A stretch of 61,177 nucleotides of DNA from Octopus bimaculoides (Eukaryota), in assembly GCF_001194135.2 (NCBI RefSeq), contig NC_068982.1, positions 91,527,652-91,588,828 of the forward strand, read 5' to 3'. Of this stretch, positions 49,597-61,177 are shown in pieces. A program made the position numbers and the translations under genes. Every line of letters starts with the position of its first letter. Within the stretch, counting starts at the first letter, position 1. The notes under the pieces were generated by a model. The model ran no database searches. It had not been told where the DNA came from and saw only the letters and a program-made list of their open reading frames with translations.

Positions 49597-51160
49597 CTGG
49601 GTGTATCAGCAAAATTGTCCACATTTTAGATTCAGCATCGAACCTTTGTATCTCAGGTATGCTTAAAGATAACTTAATGGAATTATCAGAAGTTTTTCTA
49701 ACACTATTGGACTCTACTTTGAGGAAGGAAAAAATATTGATTACTCTCCAAGCTTACCAGAAGAATCGTGATGAAGTTGATCATGGACGAAAATGACATT
49801 TTCATAAATAATTGACCACAGCCCAGGATTCAGAGCTCATAAGGGATTGAAATAAAGTTCGAATGGAAGCTTTTAGTTTTATTTCAAAATGCCAAAGAAA
49901 ATTCTGGCCGAAATTCTTCCTGTTAGGTATCAAGAGTTGCTGCTCTTTTGGCAATGGCTTCCTCAAATCTCTTCCTGACTGCACCATAAGCTTCCTTAAT
50001 GAATTCCTCATCAATGTCTTCCTCCTACGTCCTACGGATGGCGTTTTTGAGGGCTTGCACGTTACTGTGCGGCTTCCACAAGCTTTTCTGACCAGTTCAT
50101 TCCAGATGCTGAAGTCTAAAGCGTTCAAATCAGGTGATGAAGAAGACCAAGTGATCTTATTCCCAAACTTGTTCCCAAACTCATCCCTGAGAAATTTTTT
50201 AGTCACTGCATTTGTGTAACAGGGAGACCCATCTTACTGGAATGTAAACTTGAAGTTCTTAGCGATCTTGTTGAGGTTTCCCTCGTCTCTTGCCTCGGGA
50301 TATTCAGAAAGAATCCAGGTCTCTACATCGGTCAAAACCTGAACATAACAATTTTCTGTCAGTCTCTCAGCCTTCTCAAAGATGATCAAAGGCATTTTAT
50401 TGCCATCACAGGCCACACAGGCGAAAATCATCACCTTGACAGGGTTTTTTGCGCCTGCAAATGACATTTTAGACTCTTTCGTTAAGAGGTAAAGCCAGAA
50501 CGCAGTTGTTCCATATGCTTTTTTGTGCGTATCTTGTGGGGTGGGGGGGATTCTCAGCTGTGTAAAAGATCACTTCAAGGTTATGTTTCACTTTGTTCAG
50601 GATGATCTTCACCATCTCCAACCTTCTAACCTTTTGTCCTGGAGTAACAATGTGCTTCACAAGTCCCAGTACGATTTTATTTTCGAGACATCTGTCACTG
50701 CTCTTGGAACTTTCGTCGCCGAAACTCCTCTCTTACGTGCCAGACGTCTTATGGATTGAGTTGTATCTCTTCTGATTGATTTCTTCAGCTCCAGATTGAA
50801 ATGATGATCCCTCTTACGGTTATGACCTCCTAATCCAGTTTTCCTTCCCACTATTTCCTCTTTGTCAAACGTATTCACAATTCATTTGGTGGTTCTTGAG
50901 TAGACTTTGAAGATGGAAGCCAGAGAATTATCTTAACCCTTTCAATGTTGCTCATTTGTGAAGACATGGTGAGGCTGGAACAAAACGATTTCAGCTTGTT
51001 CTCTTTCTAACTAAATATCTCAATGGCTATTTCACTGATTATTACAAAACTGGTATCAGAATGGCCAGATGTCTTATTTGGAAAAATGGAAAATTGCAAA
51101 TCGATTCGCGTATTTGTTTTAAGAAATTTTAAGAATTTGTGAGCATGACAATTTTGTTGT
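49597..51160 (-). mobile_element. Decayed Tc1/mariner-superfamily transposon (maT/DD37D-like)
   Basis: Minus-strand remnants KSIRRDTTQSIRRLARKRGVS (HTH), KNPVKVMIFACVACDGNKMPLIIF and WSSSSPDLNALDFSIW. End TA|ctgggtgtatcagcaaaattgtcc has a partial inverse, gacaattttgttg, near 51147-51159. Confidence 0.85.
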
Positions 51161-51505
51161 TATATATATNNNNNNNNNNNNNNNNNNNNNNNNNNNNNNN
51201 NNNNNNNNNNNNNNNNNNNNNNNNNNNNNNNNNNNNNNNNNNNNNNNNNNNNNNNNNNNNNNNNNNNNNNNNNNNNNNNNNNNNNNNNNNNNNNNNNNNN
51301 NNNNNNNNNNNNNNNNNNNNNNNNNNNNNNNNNNNNNNNNNNNNNNNNNNNNNNNNNNNNNNNNNNNNNNNNNNNNNNNNNNNNNNNNNNNNNNNNNNNN
51401 NNNNNNNNNNNNNNNNNNNNNNNNNNNNNNNNNNNNNNNNNNNNNNNNNNNNNNNNNNNNNNNNNNNNNNNNNNNNNNNNNNNNNNNNNNNNNNNNNNNN
51501 NNNNN

Positions 51506-51540
<35 letters not shown>

Positions 51541-54500
51541 GTATATGTATATATATATATTTGTAATATATGTGACAATTATTCGGTTACCATAATAAAA
51601 CTCCGAATAATTGTCACATATTATATAACAAATAAATTCCTCTGTTTACATAATATCGAGGTCTCTTTCATTCTTTTGTTGTCTTACCATTACTATTAAC
51701 ATATATACTTTGTGAGTGAAATTGGTATGAAACTGTATGGAAGTTAAGTCTCAGCGTGATTTGAACTCAGAACATGGAAAAGTATATCTAAGTACTGTAT
51801 GGTATTTCAACCAACGCTCTTCCTCTTAAGGCGGCGAGATAGCAGAATCGTACCGCGCCGGGCAAAATGCTTAACGGTATTTCGAAATATTGATATCCAC
51901 AGTTTTAATTTCCCATCAGGGCGATTCGTTTCGCCTGGTATATTGTGATTTTCAATACTTTACGACGTTTCCCGGGGCGAAGGATTGCAGCCGAAAAGTG
52001 TTTAAACAAGGCGCATACCTTAAGTATGTGACATGGATAATGTTTACATAATGAGAGGTATTTCCTTAAGGCAGTGAGCTAGCAGAATCGTTAGCACGCC
52101 ACGTAATATTCTCAACGAGATTTTGTACGTCTTTTTGTTCTGAGTTCAAATTCCAGTGAGGCTGACTTTTCCTTCCTTTCTTTCTTACGAGGTCAATTGT
52201 TGTTGGCACTCCGTCGCTTACGACGTCGAGGGTTCCTTTTGATCCGATCAACAGAACAGCCTGTTCGTGAAATTAACGTGCAAGCGGCTGAGCACTCCAC
52301 AGACACGTGAACTCTTAACGTAGTTCTCTGGGATATTCAGCGTGACACAGTGTGACAAAGCTGACCCTTTGAATTACAGGCACAACAGAAACAAGAAGTA
52401 ATAGTGAGAGAAAGTTGTGGTCCCCTGCCGGAGCCTCGTGGAGCTTTTAGGTGTTTTCGCTCAATAAACACTCACAACGCCTGGTCTGGGAATCGAAACA
52501 GCTATCCTATGACCGCGAGTCCGCTGCCNNNNNNNNNNNNNNNNNNNNNNNNNNNNNNNNNNNNNNNNNNNNNNTGTTGATTTCAAATTTTGACACAAAG
52601 CCAGCTATCTCTGGGTAGGAGTAAGTCGATTACATCGACCCCAGTTTTCAACTGCCGCTTATTTTATCAGCCCCAAAACGATTAAAGGCAAAATCGACCT
52701 CAGCGGAATTTGAAGTGAGGACGTGTGGATGGATGAGATGCCGCTAGGTATTATTTTCCCGGCGTGCTAACGATTCTGCCATTTCACCGCTTGGAAACCA
52801 ATACTAATTTTTCTTGGCTTATAAAATTTGGAAAAGACTGTTAGATGGAAAGGGTAGATTTGAACTCAGAAATGTCATATCACGAATAAAAAGTTTAGAA
52901 ATCCTTATTACTTATCAAAAATCGGAGGAAAGTTAGTACTAACTCCATACATGGTGCTGAAAAATAATACATCATATGAATCCCGTATAATTCATTAAAA
53001 TATAATGTTCAACAAACAATAAACTCATTAACTAAGGTATCTCTTCGGGAACAAGATGTCAAGCTGAAGCCTTCCGGAACAAATGTCGAGGAAATTTCTC
53101 ATGAACTCATTTTGTTCATTAAAAATTAATAAGAAGAATAAAATGAATAACATTGGTGATAATTTTTATCAGGAATTTCCAACCCACGCTTGGTTTCGAA
53201 GATATTAAACTTAGATACTCCAGGATGACAAGATCGATGTGATACGTTGTGGCAGGAGCCACAGCAAAGAAAAGAAACAAAATCTTCTTTCCATAAACAT
53301 ATGGATGATTGACGCAATATTCAATCTTCACTTATGACAAGAATATCACAATATCTAATGTTCAAAGCTAGATTAATAAATAAGTAAAAAAAAAACGTTG
53401 ATATAAAAGATAAATAGATACATACATAAATAAAATGCTACTTACTCTAGATTTTGTAAATATCCCCCAATAGGGGATCTGCTGGTTTGACGCCGTCATT
53501 TTAATTCGTAGGAATTAGCTACAGTATTTGTTTTGAATTTCTTGATATCGTATCTTTTTACCGATCAATCTTGTGAAAGAAACGTTGAATATAATGGCCA
53601 ACAATACACAACAATGGCGTCTTTTCCACTGCGATAAAATATTCCAAAGAAGGTGAGCGTTGTTTCTCCGGTGGAAGAAGGAACAGTAAAGAAATCTTTA
53701 GAGAAAAGGAAAGATAATTCAAATTCGCACTTTGAATTTATTCCTGTAGCCTTCTATGCAGTCAACATCTGAAGCAACTAATAAAAGATAAATCACACTC
53801 TTTGTAAGATGCTTTGTTATAAATATTAGAAGTGATCTAAGTCATCAATGCCACTTGTCACATATTCTTTCATCAAAGAATATACAACAATTTGGCTATA
53901 TTTTACCCAAGAAATTATAAGACTACAGCTAATGAAATATTCCGAATAGAATATAGCATTCGATTTTCTCTGATTATCCTACTTTTTTTGCTGTTGGTGA
54001 TGGTGGAGTATCGAACAACTTAATAAAATGAATTTAGTAAAATGCTTTCTTTACCCTCCACTCCAAAGGGCTACCAAGTTCCGGAGTATATCGAAGACAA
54101 AGAAAGTTTATTTCTACATTTATATATTTCATTTTTGTAACAACCAAATAATTCCCCAGAGAAAGTATCTGTACCATTAATTGTATGAGCGACTAATCTC
54201 CTTTGAGTTAGTCTGCTCTGTCACATAATTTTTCAAGAGGTTTTAATTCCTATTCCTATCAGCTAGTTGAATATTCTACAGTATTTTCTCTGGAATACAA
54301 CGACATGTATGTAGTAAGTTTAAACATACGATTGGTGAGCTGGCGGTCTCATACCTCATCCATTTAACCATTTCACCTTTAGTTAGCGTAGATGACTGAA
54401 TCGATATTGTAGCCGAGGTTTATCACCGTTGTATTGTGTCTATAATCAAGACGCTGAATTCTCGATAGTTCAGTTCGAAGGGACCACAGATGACATAATT

Positions 54501-55094
54501 CTTCACTATAATCAAAATTTAAAGGAAGCGTGTATAATTTTTTCAGGTCACAAACAAGTTGATGGGACAAAAGGAAGAAGGGTTCTTCAGACCGGAAACT
54601 TGATTCGAATGATTGCAACAGAATAGACTCCTTGAAGAGACCCAAAGGTCAGACAGTAACGGTGGTAAACCAGGAGACGGATTAAATCTACTGCGCAAAA
54701 ATAGGAAAGATCCTTCCGCTCAGCTTCAATATAGTTTCTATCGACTAAATTTCACTCACACGACTTTGGACCAACAAAAGCTGAAGGAGAAATCTCTTTC
54801 CCAAAGTGTCGCACAGTAAGTTTCACCACAAAATGACGTAGCTGTGAAGCAAACTTTTTAACCTCAGAGCCTTCTTGATCTGTGGAGTTAACATTTCTGA
54901 GAAAAGCGTATCTATAAGAGATGAGAGTTTTATACAGGAATAATTTTATATTTCATCAGCCTAACGCAAAAGAGACAAGCACTAGGTTTGTGCATACGTG
55001 TGCTGCGGATAAAATTAACCGAGTTAGCATTTCGATTTTATCCAATGTATAGAACACACACACACACACATGTATGCATTCATGCGTGTGTATC

Positions 55095-55130
<36 letters not shown>

Positions 55131-56758
55131 CGAATGAGTTTAATAAGATTAAATATCTAAAACTATTCGGAAGCAAAAACAATCGATTTGTACTTGATTA
55201 AATCTTTTCAATATTAAAAAAGAAAAAGAAAACTTGTCGACTCACAACAAAACCTAATAATATCAGAATAATATAAAATCGTTTGTTAAAAAGATGTCGT
55301 TTTTAATATCGGTGCAACAAAGATTAAAAAATTCGGTATCGATGTTTAAATGTTATTGTAAACAAGCGTGCATATGTTGTTTTTATAACCAAATAATAAT
55401 TATAGGGAAAATAAAATAAAAGATAAATTATATTTAATATTTTTAATTTTTAGCAATGTAAAGGATATTCAGAAAAACATTAGGCATATATTCTATCTTT
55501 TCAAAAATTCATAGATCACTCGAATTCAATATTTAGATCATTCGAATTCAATTTATGTACTCCTTTTCTATTCTAGGCACAAGGCCCGACATTTTTGGGG
55601 AGGAGGCCAGCCGATTACATCGACCCCAGTATGCAACTGGTACTTAATTTATCGAACCCGAAAGGATGAAAAGCAAAGTCGACCTAGGAGGAATTTGAAC
55701 TCGGAACATAAAGACAGACAAAATACCGTTAAGCATTTCGCCCGCCAGTTAAGTAACTCTGTCATGAACAGAGTTAAAAAGAATCAGATTTACAAAATGA
55801 AAGACAAACTAGTGCCGTTCATGCCAATCCATATCTTCTTGAAGGTTACATATGATGAAGGGGAAATAATGGTTATGACAAACAACTGAACCCCAGTTAA
55901 GAACTCGGCTTGCTAAGACCCGATTTCGTGTTTTTATGAAGCATGTTCTGAATTTAGGAAGTCGATTTAAGTAGAGGCGTAGATATTGTACGTCACGTTT
56001 TGTTCTAAGTCAGGTCTCATAGAGCAAATCTATGGTCAAAAATGTTTCAATACATATATCTTGTTTTACTCATTTATTATGCATTTCACTCATTGGACTT
56101 CGGCGATGATGTAGGGTACCGACTTGAAAGAATTAGCCGATTAAATCGACTCAGTATATAGTGTTTTTACGTCTGGTACTAATTCTATCGACTTCTGTTG
56201 TCGTCAAGTGAGGTGGGGACAAACAAAAAGCTACTTTCACACACATACACATCTATCCACGCGCACATATATAATGCGCTTGCGCAGTATTTCTGCTTAC
56301 CGAACTCACTCACAAAGCATTGGCCGACCGGGTGCTCTAGCAGAAGACACTCAACGTGCAGAGAGCAGCGTAACTGAACCTTAGACCACGTGGTTGCGAA
56401 ACAAGCTTCTTAATCACAGAGCTATCTTGAGTGAGTGTATGTCTATACACACATATATATATATATATATATATGTAAATAAGGAGTGGCTCTGTGGTAA
56501 GAAGCTTGCTTCCCAACCTCACGGTTCCGAGTTCAGTCCCATTGCGTGACACCCTAAGTAAGTGTCTTCTACTATAGCTTCGGGCCGACCAAAGTCTTGT
56601 GAGTGGATTCCGAAGACGGAAACTGAAAGAAGCCTGTCGTATATATATATACGGGACTTATTCTTTGTAAGCCTAGTACTTATTCTATCGGTCTCTTTTG
56701 CCGAACCGCTATATGACGGGGACATAAACACACCACCATCGGTTGTCAAGCAATGCTA

Positions 56759-56820
<62 letters not shown>

Positions 56821-57089
56821 NNNNNNNNNNNNNNNNNNNNNNNNNNNNNNNNNNNNNNNNNNNNNNNNNNNNNNNNNNNNNNNNNNNNNNNNNNNNNNNN
56901 NNNNNNNNNNNNNNNNNNNNNNNNNNNNNNNNNNNNNNNNNNNNNNNNNNNNNNNNNNNNNNNNNNNNNNNNNNNNNNNNNNNNNNNNNNNNNNNNNNNN
57001 NNNNNNNNNNNNNNNNNNNNNNNNNNNNNNNNNNNNNNNNNNNNNNNNNNNNNNNNNNNNNNNNNNNNNNNNNNNNNNNNNNNNNNNNN

Positions 57090-57380
57090 GAAAAAGTGCT
57101 ATGAAAATGACTTAAACAAAGGGAATTTACTGTGTGATTGACCGTTATTAAGATAAAAGAGCTATTAGAATGACCGCTAAGTGAGGGGAGGGAGTAAAGG
57201 TAAGGGAGTAAAAATGTCCATAGTATTGGCGAAAGCGCACCAGTCCATACATACACATGCGCACCCACACACCCACGTACATGCGCCTATATGTATATAC
57301 TCATCCACCCTCACTTGAAACACACTCATGCTCACCCACACATTCGCCAAAAAATATATACATCTCCGCATACACACTCG

Positions 57381-57425
<45 letters not shown>

Positions 57426-58745
57426 AAAGTTCATACACATGTCTATATACGCACATGCACAAGAAAAAACAGGGCTCAAGTCAAAATACAGAAAAAAGTG
57501 TAAAAAAGCAATAAGGATAAAACACGTCTATATACGCACATTCTCGCACACACGCACACATCCAGAAGCGCGCATAAAAGGTTCCATGTATACGTCTATA
57601 TACGCACAAGAAAAATGCAGGGTAGAAGGTAGAATACAGAAAAAATATGCGTAAAAAATATATGAGCGATAAACCTATAAAACAATATCTCTATAAATAT
57701 GTAAAAAAAAAATATATATATAAGAAATATAAGTAAAAAGTATAGAGAGATAAAAAGCTTGTACATAGACACAATATAGAAAGCAAGTCCTATCAGTAAT
57801 CTCGGGGTGACCTAAAACTTAACAAATATTTAGCCACATGTGGACATGATCCGAAAAGTTCAGTTCTTGAATTTAGACATGTAGTGGGGTCTAAGTTGCT
57901 TTTCCAGATGAGCCATCTTTCCATATCACAAAGACTGCACTTTCCACTGCCGTTGGTGCAGGGATTACACTTGGCAAAAATCTTCCAATGGATGTTGTAA
58001 CTGCCACCTTTATCTTTTAAGGACCATATATGACTGGATAATTTGGTCGTTTTCCTTTTATCCCAGTACCTGAAGCCCAAGATGTGTGTGTGTGCGTGCA
58101 TGCGAAAATATGCGTATATAGACGTGTTTTACTCTTATTGCTTTTTTACACTTTTTACACATTTTTCTGTATTTTGTCTTTAGCCCTGTTTTTTTGTGTG
58201 CATGTGCGTATATAGACGTGTATATAAACTTTGTGTGTGTGTGTGTGTATGTGTGTGTGTGTGCGAGTGTGCGAGCGTGTATGCGGGGATGTATATATTT
58301 TTTGGCGAATGTGTGGGTGAGCATGAGTGTGTTTCAAGTGAGGGTGGATGAGTATATACATATAGGCGCATGTACGTGGGTGTGTGGGTGCGCATGTGTA
58401 TGTATGGACTGGTGCGCATGTGTCTGTATGGACTGGTGCGCTTACGCGAATACTATGGACATTTCTACTCCTTTACCTTTACTCCCTCCCCTCAGCGGTC
58501 ATTCTAATAGCTCTTTTGTCTTAATAACGGTCAATCACACAGTAATTTCCGTTTGTTTAACTGTCATAACATTTTTTCGATGGCCAGATAACTGAAGAGA
58601 TGGTGGCGTGAGTTTCCGCCCTGGCATCCGAAACTCGGAGTTTTATCATGGCTACCGAATAATTGTCACATATTATTTACAGATAAATTCTTCTATTTAC
58701 ATAATATCGAGGTCTCTTTCTTTCTTTTGTTGTCTTACCTTTTCT
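57090..58745. mobile_element. Penelope-like element as two back-to-back 5'-truncated copies; GIY-YIG C-terminus at 57793-58075 (minus)
   Basis: TTKLSSHIWSLKDKGGSYNIHWKIFAKCNPCTNGSGKCSLCDMERWLI...LNSRTELFGSCPHVAKYLL is the Penelope GIY-YIG tail pattern; 57090-57560 and 58081-58578 are inverted homologues. Confidence 0.88.
58582..58653 (+). ncRNA. Type I hammerhead ribozyme motif in the Penelope-like 3' repeat
   Basis: Stem I ggcca-gataa / ttatc-a-tggct; core CUGAAGA 58592-58598; stem II gatg..ggcg/cgcc..catc; GAAA 58630-58633; near-palindromic stem III ACUC-G-GAGU; GUU triplet 58640-58642. Confidence 0.7.
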
Positions 58746-61074
58746 ATCAATATATATTGTGTTGTGTGTTGGCACTCCGTCGCTTACGACGTCGAGGGTT
58801 GCAGTTGATCCGATCAACGGAACAGCCTGCTTATGAAATTAACTTGCAAGTGGCTGAGCACTCCACAAACACGTGTACCCTTAACGTAGTTCTAGGGGAT
58901 ATTCAGCGTGACACAGTGTGACAAGGCTGACCCTTTGAATTACAGGCACAACATAACTAGGAAGTAAGAGTGAGAGAAAGTTGTGGTGNNNNNNNNNNNN
59001 NNNNNNNNNNNNNNNNNNNNNNNNNNNNNNNNNNNNNNNNNNNNNNNNNNNNNNNNNNNNNNNNNNNNNNNNNNNNNNNNNNNNNNNNNNNNNNNNNNNN
59101 NNNNNNNNNNNNNNNNNNNNNNNNNNNNNNNNNNNNNNNNNNNNNNNNNNNNNNNNNNNNNNNNNNNNNNNNNNNNNNNNNNNNNNNNNNNNNNNNNNNN
59201 NNNNNNNNNNNNNNNNNNNNNNNNNNNNNNNNNNNNNNNNNNNNNNNNNNNNNNNNNNNNNNNNNNNNNNNNNNNNNNNNNNNNNNNNNNNNNNNNNNNN
59301 NNNNNNNNNNNNNNNNNNNNNNNNNNNNNNNNNNNNNNNNNNNNNNNNNNNNNNNNNNNNNNNNNNNNNNNNNNNNNNNNNNNNNNNNNNNNNNNNNNNN
59401 NNNNNNNNNNNNNNNNNNNNNNNNNNNNNNNNNNNNNNNNNNNNNNNNNNNNNNNNNNNNNNNNNNNNNNNNNNNNNNNNNNNNNNNNNNNNNNNNNNNN
59501 NNNNNNNNNNNNNNNNNNNNNNNNNNNNNNNNNNNNNNNNNNNNNNNNNNNNNNNNNNNNNNNNNNTGTGTGTGTGTGTGTGTGTGTATGCATATACATA
59601 TATATATGTATGTACATACACACACACATACACATATATATATATAGATATGATGGCTGTCTACTCTGGCTGTCTATTCATTAGACAAGCATGACCATCG
59701 CTGACTATGTCAGTAATGTCTGTGCAGGGATTTTAAGTCTAGCGTGGTCTGCATAACGCCACAACGGCTCTCACTAGCAATACTGGTGTTTGTTCGGCGG
59801 ACAAAACGCTTAGCGGCATTTCTTCTGGCTCTTTACATTCTGAGTTCGAATTTCGCCGCAGTCAACTTAGCCTTTCATCCCTCAGGGGTAGATAAAATTA
59901 AGTACCAGTCGAGCATTTGGTGTCGATGTAGGCGACTTACCACCTCTGTCACAAAAGTTGCCGGCCATTTGCCAAAATTTGAGATGACAATGACAGAAAA
60001 GTTTAGTGAAAAAGCAAATAAGCATATATATAAACTTACACTCAATACATTAGTTAGTACATTTATGTGGTTACCAAGTATACTAAACAGTTGAAAACTT
60101 TTACTATTTTAAAAAGGTTTTAATGAAAAATGCCCAAACAAAATCTCTACAATATTAGCCAGGTATCATGTAAAATTACGCAAATAAGGGCCAGGGACTA
60201 GAGAAGGTTTGCAAACTGCTTGAAACAACTAGAAAAAACATTCTATAGAGTAGTTCTGACAGCAGAATAGCATCGTAATCGACATTTGATATATTTATTT
60301 CAGCGCCGCCATCACGATCGATTGGTTTGCTAGAAACTGATGACGTTCCGCAAAATTTGGGAACATTCTATAAGCAGGCTCTGCAACCAAGAGTTTGCTG
60401 ACAATGACTCACAAGTGAGATGACCAGCTAGAAATAACAACCAAATCTTCAAGTGTACTAACAAAAAAAGAAAAAAAAGGAAAGACACATTAAATAATGT
60501 AGTCGTAGTTACAATATATGTAGAAGAAAAAATACGGCTTGGTTGTGATTGGAACGCTTTAACCAAGCGTTACTTGATCAGGACACAACTCACATAGAAA
60601 CAGCAGCGGAAAGTAAATATGTCGGAGATAAGACAAACGATTTTAGTCAGCAAACTTATTGATTATAGACTGGCAAATCATAGCTGACTTGAGACTGAAT
60701 CAACACCACCAACAAAAATAGGTGCTTTATTGACATTTCCGTATTCGTCAGTGATTTATGTTTTGCAGTGGTCAGCCTGAAAAAAAAAAAAATTCTGAGT
60801 AAATGCTCTGTAGATTTCTTGTGTAGTAATAACTGTCTCAAAAAAGGATATGGAACAAAGGGTTGTTTTTCAAAATAAATATACAAAACAATGCTATCAA
60901 AGATTCAAGAAGAATGATGGCGTAAGAGATATTTAAATGCAGCTTTTGATGATCTAGGTTTCGTTTAGGCTCAATTCCATTCCGATAAACCAACGGAGGT
61001 GTTACTATGTATTTGCTTGATCTACTAGAAATGGCAGCCGGATATCTCCCCCAAATCATACCTAACACACACAC

Positions 61075-61112
<38 letters not shown>

Positions 61113-61177
61113 ACAGGCACACTCACACACATATGGATACACACACACACACACATACTCGCACACACGCATACTCA

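Noticed and set aside
53119-53331. Hydrophobic 70-aa ORF as a membrane-protein exon
   Set aside because: No recognisable motif and no convincing splice pair; AT-rich DNA gives such ORFs by chance.
1-61177. CRISPR array, rRNA or prokaryotic operon/defence system
   Set aside because: No repeat-spacer arrays, rRNA-like sequence or dense intronless gene clusters; the window is spliced eukaryotic DNA.

Overview
AT-rich, microsatellite- and N-gap-rich animal genomic DNA. The repeat families and gene content suggest a coleoid cephalopod such as Octopus; this is inference, not a database match. Host genes: (1) the probable last three exons of an unidentified plus-strand gene (1885-3155); (2) a plus-strand spliced inosine/uridine-preferring nucleoside hydrolase, with four visible exons at 8405-18959, its N-terminal exon(s) not visible, a Cys in the xCD motif, and a pseudogenised duplicate of one exon at 20666-20794; (3) a convergent minus-strand CNG channel alpha subunit (exons 42224-42488, 38369-39256 and 31217-31728, plus a tentative exon at 46383-46489) with several unusual substitutions at gate and ligand-binding positions. 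The rest is largely transposon-derived: Penelope-like fragments (RT and GIY-YIG), one in an inverted arrangement carrying a hammerhead ribozyme motif; a cluster of R4/Dong-like REL-endonuclease LINE pieces in (TAA)n tracts; CR1-like and RTE-like LINE pieces; a mariner; two other Tc1/mariner-superfamily relics, one nested in a pogo/Tigger-like element; piggyBac-like MITEs; many SINEs; and at least five long inverted repeats. Most ORF-track entries are microsatellite or gap artefacts. Repeat boundaries are approximate unless TSDs or TIRs are quoted.
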